Shown: one piece after another, positions 1 through 8,610 of the stretch
How the letters are laid out: each line of letters opens with the position of its first letter
Position numbering within the stretch: position 1 is the first letter of the stretch
Source of the DNA: Myxococcota bacterium
GTDB lineage: Bacteria > Myxococcota_A > UBA9160 > SZUA-336
Direction: 5' to 3'
DNA: 64,000 bases
NCBI GenBank assembly: GCA_965247115.1
Contig: CBDFGR010000002.1
Location: 1,344,001-1,408,000 of the forward strand
Position numbers and translations under genes: made by a program
Notes under the pieces: generated by a model
The model's database searches: none
What the model saw: only the letters and a program-made list of their open reading frames with translations
What the model was told of the DNA's origin: nothing

Positions 1-102
1 CCCCGCCTCGTGTACCTGCCCTAGCTGCAGCCTCTTCCGCTCCGGGCCAGGGACTACACGAAGATACGTAGGCGGCACTGCCGCCTCGCAGCGAGGTTAC
101 GC

Positions 103-525
103 ATGCACTCTCTCAGCTTTGTTTTCTGTTGCGCGCTCCTATTGATGGCTCCAGCCGCGTTCGCGGAGCATCCCGCAGATCACGCAGATCACGCAGATCA
201 CGCGGATCATCGTGGTCACGCCGAGGTCGGACCTTCTGCGGACCCTGCTGAAGCCGGCCCGTTCCAGGCCGTCGTCACGGTCCAGGGCATCGTCTGCTCC
301 TTCTGCGCGGCCGGCGCGACCAAGTCACTCTCGAAGGTGCCGGGGCTCGACCCTTCGAGGTTCACCAAGGGCGTCCACGTGGACATCGACAACCAGAAGC
401 TCACGCTGGCCTTCAAGCCAAGCGCACTGCTACCCGTCTCCCAGATCCGGGAGGCGATCCGCAGCGCCGGCTACGAGCCTGTCTCCCTCAGCATCGAGCT
501 GGACGACTGGGAGTCGGCAGAGTGA
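103..525 (+). CDS. Exported heavy-metal-associated (HMA) domain protein with His-rich repeat (MerP/CopZ-like)
   Basis: Signal peptide ending AAFA; ADH repeats; VQGIVCSFCA (GxxCxxC-type metal motif); terminal IRSAGY typical of the HMA fold. Confidence 0.8.
   Translation: MHSLSFVFCCALLLMAPAAFAEHPADHADHADHADHRGHAEVGPSADPAEAGPFQAVVTVQGIVCSFCAAGATKSLSKVPGLDPSRFTKGVHVDIDNQKLTLAFKPSALLPVSQIREAIRSAGYEPVSLSIELDDWESAE
175..210 (+). repeat. 9-bp coding tandem repeat (GCAGATCAC x3 + GCGGATCAT) encoding ADH x4
   Basis: Read directly from the sequence. Confidence 0.9.
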
Positions 526-1370
526 GGGCCGCGATCATCGGCGTGTTGCTGCTGCTCGCGCTCCCGGCTCTCGCACATCAGCCGGTCCAGGACATGGCGC
601 CGCGCTGGTCCGGTGGCTGGGGCTTGCAGGTTCGGCACGAGTACCGCGCGTCCGACGATCTGCTCGACGGCAGGTCCGACGCCCCAAACCCATTGGGGCG
701 CGAGGAGCGCGTCCACACCACCTGGCTCGAAGGTGTGTACACCTTCCGGCGCGAGCTGCGAGTCACGGCAAAGCTGCCGTGGGTCGACCAGGAGCGTGTG
801 GTGGGCACCGGGGAGAAGCAGGACGCGCGCGGGTTCGGCGATCTGACCCTGGCGCTCCCGCTGAAGCGCTACTGGAACGACGGTCCGACGACGCGAAACT
901 GGAGCTTCACGCCGAGCATCCGGCTGCCCACCGGATCCACTGGGGGCGACTACCCGATCGGTGACGGCAGTACCGATGCCGGCGTCAGCGTCTCACACAG
1001 TCGGGAGACCCCGTGGTTCTACCAGTACTACGACTTGTTCTTCTGGAAGAACGGAAGCGGCAGCGGGAATGTGAACCGGGGCGACGTGATCGGGCTCGAC
1101 GTGAACCTCGCCATCCACCCGCTTCACAGCAATGCGCTGAACGCGGGCGCGTTCCTGATGTGGGACGTCTCGGCACGCTACGAGGCGCGCGGGCGGGGCA
1201 GCTCTGGGACTACGGGAGGCAAGCGCGTATCGACGGGGCCGGTCCTGGTCGTGTACTGGCAGAACGTCATGGCGCGAGCCGAGTGGAAGTGGCCCGCCTA
1301 CGAGCGGGTCTGGGGAGCGCAGCTATCCCGCGGCACCGAGCTCCTCGTAAGCCTCGCAGCGGCGTTCTGA
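522..1370 (+). CDS. Putative outer-membrane beta-barrel transporter (MetA-pathway/SphA-like)
   Basis: Signal peptide; GFGDL and LPTG motifs; alternating beta-strand pattern; C-terminal Phe; GTGA overlap with upstream stop. Confidence 0.6.
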   Translation: MRAAIIGVLLLLALPALAHQPVQDMAPRWSGGWGLQVRHEYRASDDLLDGRSDAPNPLGREERVHTTWLEGVYTFRRELRVTAKLPWVDQERVVGTGEKQDARGFGDLTLALPLKRYWNDGPTTRNWSFTPSIRLPTGSTGGDYPIGDGSTDAGVSVSHSRETPWFYQYYDLFFWKNGSGSGNVNRGDVIGLDVNLAIHPLHSNALNAGAFLMWDVSARYEARGRGSSGTTGGKRVSTGPVLVVYWQNVMARAEWKWPAYERVWGAQLSRGTELLVSLAAAF

Positions 1371-1738
1371 TGACGACCCGCGCTCGAACACGAGGGAGCG
1401 TCGTGTCCAGCCTGGGACTCGCTCTGCTCGGGACTACGTGCTGCGCCCTGCCCATCACACTGGTCGCGCTCGGCGCTGGCGGAGCGGTCGCCTCACTGGC
1501 CGCCAGCGCCCCGTGGTTGATCGCCCTCTCGAAGTACAAGGGCTGGACCTTTACAGCGACTGCCGTAGTGCAAGGCTACGCCTGGTGGCGCTTGCGGAAC
1601 GCGACACGCTGCGGGCTAGACGAGGCTCGGCGTCTCCACTGGCAACGCAGAGTGCTCGGCGCGTCGACCGGGCTCCTGGCCCTGTCTCTCTTCGCGGCGT
1701 ATGCGCTGCTGCCACTATCCGGGCTCCTGGCGGACTGA
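1370..1738 (+). CDS. MerT-like inner-membrane metal ion transporter
   Basis: ATG at 1370 (TGATG overlap); TTCCALP vicinal Cys pair in first TM helix; three hydrophobic segments; loop Cys. Confidence 0.7.
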   Translation: MTTRARTRGSVVSSLGLALLGTTCCALPITLVALGAGGAVASLAASAPWLIALSKYKGWTFTATAVVQGYAWWRLRNATRCGLDEARRLHWQRRVLGASTGLLALSLFAAYALLPLSGLLAD

Positions 1739-1787
1739 ACCTCGCGCGGAAATCCGCCCGGGGGATGCTGCTAGAATAGGCTCAATC

Positions 1788-2288
1788 ATGACAGTCATTC
1801 GAAGACTCGGCTGGTGCACGTCCCTGCTCTCTTGCGCGGTGCTTCTGTATGCAGGTCACGCGCGCGCCCAGGACCTAGACCCGAACGCCCAGCTCCGTAC
1901 CGAGCTCGAGGTCGGCCGCGCGGAGATTCAGGCGAACCGGCAGGCCATCGTCGCGAACGCCCTCAGCCTCAGCGCACAAGAGAGCGAGAAGTTCTGGCCC
2001 TTGTACCGTGAGTTTCAGACCGAGATGGCCAAGGTGAACGATCGCCTGGCCAACTTGATCATAGAGTTCACCGAGGCCTATCCGAATCAGTCAGCCGACG
2101 AGGCCGAGGGCCAGATCGAGGAGATCCTGAAGATCCAGACGGCCCAGCTAAAGGTCAAGCGGAAGTACCTCCCGAAGTTCAAGAAGGTCCTCCCACTCAT
2201 CAAGGTGGCGCGCTACTACCAGCTCGAGAACAAGCTGGATGCCGTCATCAATCTGGAGCTCGCGAAGACCATCCCGCTCATCTTCTAG
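1788..2288 (+). CDS. Exported helical protein (Spy/CpxP-like, LSAQESEKFWPLYREF motif)
   Basis: Signal peptide ending ARA; charged helical body; ATG 1788 preceded by TGcTAGAAT. Confidence 0.55.
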   Translation: MTVIRRLGWCTSLLSCAVLLYAGHARAQDLDPNAQLRTELEVGRAEIQANRQAIVANALSLSAQESEKFWPLYREFQTEMAKVNDRLANLIIEFTEAYPNQSADEAEGQIEEILKIQTAQLKVKRKYLPKFKKVLPLIKVARYYQLENKLDAVINLELAKTIPLIF

Positions 2289-2304
2289 CCCCCCGGAGCG
2301 CTTG

Positions 2305-2919
2305 ATGACGATCGCAGCAGAGCGGTGGGTCCGCATCGGACTCTCGCTCGTCGTGGTCACGATGGCCTACAACGTGGCCGAGGCGGGCATCGCGCTCTGG
2401 GCCGGAGTCCGTGCTGGGAGCGTCGTCCTGGTCGGGTTCGGACTGGACAGCATCATCGAGCTGGCAGCGGCCAGTGTTCTCCTGTGGCGGCTCTCGCTCG
2501 AGTCTCGCGGAGTTCCGCAAGCTCAGCTCGAGCACGCCGAGGAACGTGTTCGCCGCTTCGTCGGAATCACGTTCTTCCTGCTGGCCGCATACGTCGTCGG
2601 GCAGGCGTTGTGGGTGCTGTGGAGGGTAGCTCCCCCTGCAGAGAGCCTGCTGGGCATCGTCCTGGCCATCGCCTCGTTGATCCTGATGCCGCTAGTCGCA
2701 TGGGGCAAGCTGCACGCCGCGCGAGAGATCGGGAGCGCCGCACTCCGCGCGGAGGCAAAGGAGACCCTCGCCTGCTCCTACCTCTCGCTGACCCTTCTCG
2801 TGGGCCTCATGGCAAACGCAACTCTCGGCTGGTGGTGGGCCGACCCGGCCGCTGCACTGCTGATGGTGCCCTGGCTCATCCACGAAGGCCGCGAGGGTTT
2901 CGAACACCACCACCACTAG
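2305..2919 (+). CDS. Cation diffusion facilitator-type transporter (TM domain only), ending HHHH
   Basis: FGLDSIIE, AEAKETLAC and WWWADP motifs; about 6 TM segments. Confidence 0.75.
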   Translation: MTIAAERWVRIGLSLVVVTMAYNVAEAGIALWAGVRAGSVVLVGFGLDSIIELAAASVLLWRLSLESRGVPQAQLEHAEERVRRFVGITFFLLAAYVVGQALWVLWRVAPPAESLLGIVLAIASLILMPLVAWGKLHAAREIGSAALRAEAKETLACSYLSLTLLVGLMANATLGWWWADPAAALLMVPWLIHEGREGFEHHHH

Positions 2920-3028
2920 ACCATCCGCGAGCCAGTGTCCGTCGGCAGTCTCAAGAGTCACCCCGCCGCTCCACATCCAACTGCCCCCGGGGGCAGTTCG
3001 CGGAACGCTTGTCCGGGAGTCCTGTCCG

Positions 3029-4780
3029 CTAGGAGGCTCGCCCGTGGCGGAGCAGCTTGCCCGGCGTCGCGCCGGTGCACTTGCCGTCGTCGAACGTCAC
3101 CTCGCCGTTCACGATGATCGACTTGTAGCCGATCGCGTGTTGGACGCGGCGCCATTCGCCGCCAGGAAAGTCGTGCTCGATCTCGCCGACCCAGTGGGGG
3201 TCCACATCGAGGCCTTCGAGGTCGTAGACGACGACGTCGGCCGGCGAGCCCTCGCGCAGCACGCCACGGTCTCGGAAGCCAGCTGCATGGGCTGGAAGCG
3301 CTGAGAGCCGGTAGTGCGCCTCCTCCAGGCTGATCTTCTCCTCGTCGCGTACCAGCCACATCAGGAAGTCGGTCGTGAAGGCGCCACCCGTGAAGAACTT
3401 GGTGTGCGCCCCGCCGTCTGAGACTCCGGGGAAGGTGTACGGCGAGTCGTTGATCATGGCGGCCATGTGGTCCGCGTTCTGGCCGCGGTCCGGCCCGAGA
3501 AACTCGACCTGGAGCTCGCCGGCGATCGAGAGGTCGAGCATCGCGTCGATGACGTCCTTGCCCTCTTCCTCGGCGATCTGACTGATCGATTTGCCGACGT
3601 AGCCCTCGAGCTCGTCGTGACCGCCCGTTGCCTGGACGATGAGCCGATGCAGCGGACCGCCCACGCCGGCCTGGATCTGGCGCATGCGCTCGGCCGCCTC
3701 TTTGGTCTCCACCTTCATGGCCTGGCGGATCTTCGGGTCAGCCATCTTGCGGAGCCGCTCCTCGTATGAGCCAGTGGTGGCCGCACGCCAGGCAGGGCTT
3801 GTGTCGTAGAGGTTCCAGTTCTCCAGCGTGAACGCAAAGCCGGCGCGCAGCGTTCCGCCCTGACCGAACATCCGCAGCCCGCGCTTCTGGCACTCGTCGA
3901 TCCAGGCGAGGCGTCGCTCGTGCACGCCCGGGTCGCGCGGGCTTACGGCGACGGCGTTGTGGAGGATAGGGCGACTGCTTACCTCGGCTAGCTCCTCCTG
4001 GAACTCGAGATCTCGGTCACGGTTATCCTTCCTGACGTCGCCCTGGAGCTGCGTGATCTGGATAAAGCCCTCGTCTCGCTCACGCAGGACCCGTCCGAGA
4101 TTGAAGATGTCCTCGTCGCACATGGTGTCGGTGACCATCGGGCTGCCGTCAAAGTCCGCCTGCACGGAGTCTTTGCCCAGCCTCTGGATCGAAAAGCCGC
4201 AGAGGCCGGCGTCCATGCCCTGGTGGAGCAGACGCGCCATCTCCTCGCGCTCCCCCTTGGTCGCCGGCCGGGTCTTCGCTGCATCGAGGCCCATGACGTA
4301 GATCATGAGCGACGCTGTGGGCATGTACTGAAGGCAGTTCACTCCCAGCGGCGAGCGCTCCAGCGAGTCGAGGTACTCCGGGATGGTCTCCCAGTCCCAC
4401 TTCATGCCCTGCTTCATCGACTCGAACGGAATCGCTTCGGTCCGCGTCATCATCAGCATCGAGCGTTCCCGGAACTCGGGCCGAACGGGCGCGAAGCCAA
4501 ACCCGCAGTTGCCGAGCACGACCGAGGTCACCCCGTGCCAACCCGAGATCGTGCAGTAGGGGTCCCAGCGGATCTGCGCATCGTAGTGCGTGTGCAGATC
4601 TACAAAGCCCGGTGCGACGATCTGGCCCTCCGCGTCGATGACCTGGTCTACAGAGCCGCTCGCGCGGCCACCCAGCTGGGCGATGCGACCGTCCTTGATC
4701 CAGACGTCGCCCTTGTAGCGCGGAACCCTCGTTCCATCGACGATCGTCCCGTTCTGAATCTGGAGATCGAAATCAGCCAC
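3029..4780 (-). CDS. N-acyl-D-amino-acid deacylase family amidohydrolase
   Basis: PGFVDLHTHYDAQ, HGVTSVVLGNCG, SDGGAH, ADVVVYD motifs. Confidence 0.85.
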   Translation of the reverse strand: MADFDLQIQNGTIVDGTRVPRYKGDVWIKDGRIAQLGGRASGSVDQVIDAEGQIVAPGFVDLHTHYDAQIRWDPYCTISGWHGVTSVVLGNCGFGFAPVRPEFRERSMLMMTRTEAIPFESMKQGMKWDWETIPEYLDSLERSPLGVNCLQYMPTASLMIYVMGLDAAKTRPATKGEREEMARLLHQGMDAGLCGFSIQRLGKDSVQADFDGSPMVTDTMCDEDIFNLGRVLRERDEGFIQITQLQGDVRKDNRDRDLEFQEELAEVSSRPILHNAVAVSPRDPGVHERRLAWIDECQKRGLRMFGQGGTLRAGFAFTLENWNLYDTSPAWRAATTGSYEERLRKMADPKIRQAMKVETKEAAERMRQIQAGVGGPLHRLIVQATGGHDELEGYVGKSISQIAEEEGKDVIDAMLDLSIAGELQVEFLGPDRGQNADHMAAMINDSPYTFPGVSDGGAHTKFFTGGAFTTDFLMWLVRDEEKISLEEAHYRLSALPAHAAGFRDRGVLREGSPADVVVYDLEGLDVDPHWVGEIEHDFPGGEWRRVQHAIGYKSIIVNGEVTFDDGKCTGATPGKLLRHGRAS

Positions 4781-4882
4781 GATGCTTCCCCCGCTGACTC
4801 TTGATGATGGTTCGAATTCTAGATCGGATTCCTATGCAATCCAACCTGCTTTCTGCGGCGACGAACTCGGCGCGAGACGCAG

Positions 4883-6376
4883 CTAGTCCGAGAGGTACCG
4901 CCGCTCCAGATGAGTCTTGAAGAAGCGCGCGTTCAGGGGCTCCCCTGACACCTCCAGCAGCAGCTCCCTCGCGCTCAGGAGCTGGCCGCGACCGTGGATC
5001 TGGGCTCGGAGCCAACCGATGAGCGGCGCGAAATCGCCGCGGCGGATCTCCCCCTCCAGCTCGGGATTGGCCCGTGACGCCGCGTCGAACCACTGTGCAG
5101 CCGTCAGAGCGCCGAGGGTATAGGTGGGAAAGTAACCCAACAGTCCGGCGTACCAGTGAACATCCTGCATGCAGCCGTCTTTGAAATTGCCGCTCGTCGA
5201 CAGGCCCAGATAGCGCGTCATGAACTCGTTCCACGCCTCCGGAACGTCCGCCACGGCAAGCTCCCCGTTCATCAGACGCTGCTCCAGCTCGAAGCGCACG
5301 ATGATGTGGAGCGGATAGGTGACCTCGTCGGCGTCCACCCGGATGTATCCTGGCTGGACGCGCGTCGCGAGTCCATACAGGTTGCTCGCCCCCCAGGCGC
5401 TGCTTCTGCGGTCGGGGCCCAGATGCTGGCGGATGATGGGCGCTGCGAACTCCATGAACGCCTGGCTGCGCGAGACCTGCATCTCCAGGAGCAACGATTG
5501 GCTCTCATGCACCGCCATGCCAAGGGAGCTGCCCACCGGCTGATGGCGCCACTCCCGAGGCAGACCCTGTTGATAGAGCGCGTGACCGGTTTCGTGCAGC
5601 ACGGCCAGGAGTGATTCGAGGAAGTCGGCGTCGTTGAAGCGCGTGGTGATCCGGGTGTCGTCGGGGACGCCGCCGCAGAACGGATGGTGGCTCACGTCGA
5701 GACGGCCGTGATGAAAGTCGAAACCGAGCGCCTCCATCATGACCTCTCCCAGGGCACGTTGTCGCTCAGGGGCGAACGGACCCTTCAAGGGCAGCGGTTC
5801 AACTTGCCGTGCGAGCACGCGCTCGAGGAAGTCCGGCAGGAACGTCTTCAGATCGTCGAAGACGCTCGCCACCTCAGCGGTTCGCGTCTCCGCCTCGTAT
5901 CCATCCAGCAGCGCGTCGTAGGGCTCCAGCCCGAGCTGTTCGCCGAGCGCCGCAGCTTCGTCGCGCGCGAGTTGCACCACATCCCGCAGCAAGTCTCTCA
6001 CCGACTCCCAGTCGTTCTCCGGCCGCGCCACACGCCACATCTGTTCGCAACGCGCGCTGACGATCTGCTTGGCTCGCACCAGGGACTCGGGCACGGCGCT
6101 CGCCCGACGCTGTGCGCGCCGCATCTGCCTGAGGTTGGCCTGCTGCCAGGCATCCATGCGCCCGAGACTGCTCTCCGCCTGGTCCAGCAAACCAGCCAGC
6201 CGCGGATCCGTGAGCATCTGATGCACGACCCCCGCGATGGTTGCCAGGGCCTCGCCCCGCGCCTCACCACCCCCAGCGGGCATCATCGAGGCGTCATCCC
6301 AGCTCAGCATGGACTGCGCGTGCCCGAGGTGACTCAGCTCGCGAAAGCGCGCTTCCAGCTGCTGGTAGGGTGTCAT
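4883..6376 (-). CDS. Carboxypeptidase M32 (Taq-type)
   Basis: HPFC, DTRITT, HETGH (HExxH), HESQS, IRVDADE, GYFPTY motifs; start could be GTG 6385. Confidence 0.92.
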   Translation of the reverse strand: MTPYQQLEARFRELSHLGHAQSMLSWDDASMMPAGGGEARGEALATIAGVVHQMLTDPRLAGLLDQAESSLGRMDAWQQANLRQMRRAQRRASAVPESLVRAKQIVSARCEQMWRVARPENDWESVRDLLRDVVQLARDEAAALGEQLGLEPYDALLDGYEAETRTAEVASVFDDLKTFLPDFLERVLARQVEPLPLKGPFAPERQRALGEVMMEALGFDFHHGRLDVSHHPFCGGVPDDTRITTRFNDADFLESLLAVLHETGHALYQQGLPREWRHQPVGSSLGMAVHESQSLLLEMQVSRSQAFMEFAAPIIRQHLGPDRRSSAWGASNLYGLATRVQPGYIRVDADEVTYPLHIIVRFELEQRLMNGELAVADVPEAWNEFMTRYLGLSTSGNFKDGCMQDVHWYAGLLGYFPTYTLGALTAAQWFDAASRANPELEGEIRRGDFAPLIGWLRAQIHGRGQLLSARELLLEVSGEPLNARFFKTHLERRYLSD

Positions 6377-6502
6377 GGCGACCACTCAGCTTATCGCAGG
6401 GCGCAGCCGCAGCGCCTCGCTGGAGGTACACCAGTCATCTGCAACCGATAGTGCTACTTCTCCAGGGGAGCCCGTGTTCACCGCCCCCCTGGACCCACAG
6501 GA

Positions 6503-7210
6503 ATGGCGAACTCGATCGGACTTCTCAACGAGAAGTCGCTGCACGCACAGCTCAAGCTCTGGTACGCGGATCCGGGAGACCGCTTTGAGGTGCCTGTCGA
6601 CGGGTACATCGTCGACATCGTGCGCGGCGACCTCCTGATCGAGATCCAGACCGGGAGCTTCTCGGCCATCCGACGAAAGCTGCGCTCGCTCCTGGAGGAT
6701 CACGCGCTGCGAGTCGTGTATCCCATCCCGGTCGAGACGTGGATCGTGAAGCTGCCCGCAGGAGCCCCGGGCAAGGGCGGCCGGCGACGCTCGCCCCGCC
6801 GCCGATCTGTCTGTGACGTCTTCTCGGAGCTGGTCGCCTTCCCCGACCTGATCGCGAGGCCCGGCTTTTCGCTCGAGGTGCTGCTGACGCGCGAAGAGGA
6901 GGTACGAGAGCTTGCGCGAGGCCGTCGCCGTCGGCCGTCGTGGCACACGCTCGAGCGGCGGCTCCTTGGCGTCGCGGACCGCTGCATCGTCAGCGAACCC
7001 TCGGATCTCGCGCGCTGGCTCCCGGAGGAGCTGCCCGAGCCGTTCGGGACGGCCGAGCTTGCACGCGCGACCGGGCGCCCACGCTGGCTCGCGCAGAAGA
7101 TGGCCTACTGCATGAGCCGCGCGGGCACAATTTCGGAGGTCGGCCGCGCGGGCCGAGCCAAGCTCTACTCCCGGATTGCGGCAGACGAGTGGAGCCTTCC
7201 TGCGGACTAA
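6503..7210 (+). CDS. Hypothetical protein, PD-(D/E)XK nuclease-like N-terminus and C-terminal winged HTH
   Basis: EKSLH..E.PVDGYIVDI..LIEIQ pattern; PFGTAELARATG..AQKMAYCM..G wHTH-like tail; CAGGA upstream. Confidence 0.55.
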   Translation: MANSIGLLNEKSLHAQLKLWYADPGDRFEVPVDGYIVDIVRGDLLIEIQTGSFSAIRRKLRSLLEDHALRVVYPIPVETWIVKLPAGAPGKGGRRRSPRRRSVCDVFSELVAFPDLIARPGFSLEVLLTREEEVRELARGRRRRPSWHTLERRLLGVADRCIVSEPSDLARWLPEELPEPFGTAELARATGRPRWLAQKMAYCMSRAGTISEVGRAGRAKLYSRIAADEWSLPAD

Positions 7211-7228
7211 GCTGAGGAGATCCCGCTG

Positions 7229-7621
7229 CTAGCTCGTGGGAAACTCTCTGTGTTGCGGTGCATCATCGGCAATGTCCACCCACGCTGCCTTCGACCCGAC
7301 AAAGTAGTGAGCACTGATCCTGACACCGGGATCATCATCGAGGATACCCGCCGGTATGGCTACCTGTTCCCCCAAGGCCATGGGCAGATTCGCACCGCAT
7401 ACCTTGCAGAAACTTCTCACTCCTTGTTCTGAAGATTGGTACTTGCTGACCAAATCCTCACCCTGAACAATCTTGTAATCGTCGGTCCGACAAGTCGCAA
7501 AGGTCGCGAAGGCAGCGCCATGGGCCTTGCGGCACATGGAACAGTGACAATTCATCATGTCGCCGAAATCACCGCTTATCTCGAATCTGAAGCCCTGACA
7601 TAAACAACTGCCGCGAACCAT
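7229..7621 (-). CDS. GFA/CENP-V family Zn-binding protein
   Basis: GSCLC, CHCSMCRK, RSFCKVCG motifs; GGAGG SD before ATG 7621. Confidence 0.9.
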   Translation of the reverse strand: MVRGSCLCQGFRFEISGDFGDMMNCHCSMCRKAHGAAFATFATCRTDDYKIVQGEDLVSKYQSSEQGVRSFCKVCGANLPMALGEQVAIPAGILDDDPGVRISAHYFVGSKAAWVDIADDAPQHREFPTS

Positions 7622-7785
7622 AAATCCTCCCGATGTCATTATCGTGGTTGGGTTACGTTGCTACCACTCTCCCAGCTTCTGTCGAGCTGAGCCGCGGATG
7701 CGTATGCTGAACGAGCACCCGAGACGGCTCCACCGAGCGGTGCCGACCTGGAGGTGCCAGCGATTCGCTTGACAGGAGAACACCG

Positions 7786-8514
7786 ATGACGCGACCAGAG
7801 GCTCTGAGACAGGACGGATTTCCATCGAGCACGCAGATGCTCCAGAAGATCGGCGCGGAGATGGTGGGGACCTTTGCGCTCGTGTTCGCAGGCTGCGGTG
7901 CCACCATGATCGATGCGATCACGGGCGGGACCATCTCTCACCTCGGTGTCGGGCTGGCCTTCGGGCTCGTGATCATGGTCATGGTCTGTGCGACCGGCCA
8001 TATCTCGGGCGCCCACTTCAATCCAGCCGTAACGCTCGCGTTCGCAGCGACGGGCGGCTTTCCCTGGCGCGAGGTTCCTGGCTACCTCGCGGGCCAGGTC
8101 GTCGCGGCTGTCCTCGCAGCGGCCAGCTTGCTCGCGATCCTGGGCAGCGCTGCCGATCTCGGCGCCACGTCTCCTGTCGGGGCTCATGAGCAATCGTTCG
8201 CGCTCGAGGTTGTGCTCACGTTCTTCCTCATGTTCGTGATCACCGCAGTAGCCACTGATGCGCGCGCGATCGGGCAGATGGCAGCGTGGGCCATCGGCGG
8301 GACCGTGGCGGTGGGGTCGATCTTCGGCGGACCGATCTCGGGCGCGTCCATGAATCCCGCTCGGTCGCTCGGACCAGGTCTGGTGAGCGGCCAGCCTCTG
8401 GAGGAGCTCTGGATCTACCTTGCGGCCCCCGTCCTGGGTGCGCTCGCTGGCGCTGCCACCTACGCCACGATCCGCTGTGGAGGCGAGAAGAAGTCCGCCA
8501 GAGGATGCTGCTAG
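7786..8514 (+). CDS. MIP family channel (aquaporin/NIP-like) with C-terminal Cys-Cys
   Basis: ISGAHFNPAVT and SGASMNPARS NPA boxes; AGGAG SD. Confidence 0.92.
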   Translation: MTRPEALRQDGFPSSTQMLQKIGAEMVGTFALVFAGCGATMIDAITGGTISHLGVGLAFGLVIMVMVCATGHISGAHFNPAVTLAFAATGGFPWREVPGYLAGQVVAAVLAAASLLAILGSAADLGATSPVGAHEQSFALEVVLTFFLMFVITAVATDARAIGQMAAWAIGGTVAVGSIFGGPISGASMNPARSLGPGLVSGQPLEELWIYLAAPVLGALAGAATYATIRCGGEKKSARGCC

Positions 8515-8610
8515 GATCCGCAGCCCAATTCAGACTGGGAGGTCACGTCGAAGGACTCGGCTGCTGCTTCGGTTTCCTCTCTTGCGAAAGCGTGCGACCG
8601 CCGGTCCTCC

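Noticed and set aside
1..24. 3' end of an upstream gene (PRLVYLP*)
   Set aside because: Too short to support a call
4809..4819. GGTTCGAATTC resembling a tRNA T-loop
   Set aside because: No cloverleaf can be built; more likely part of the AT-rich promoter region of the amidohydrolase
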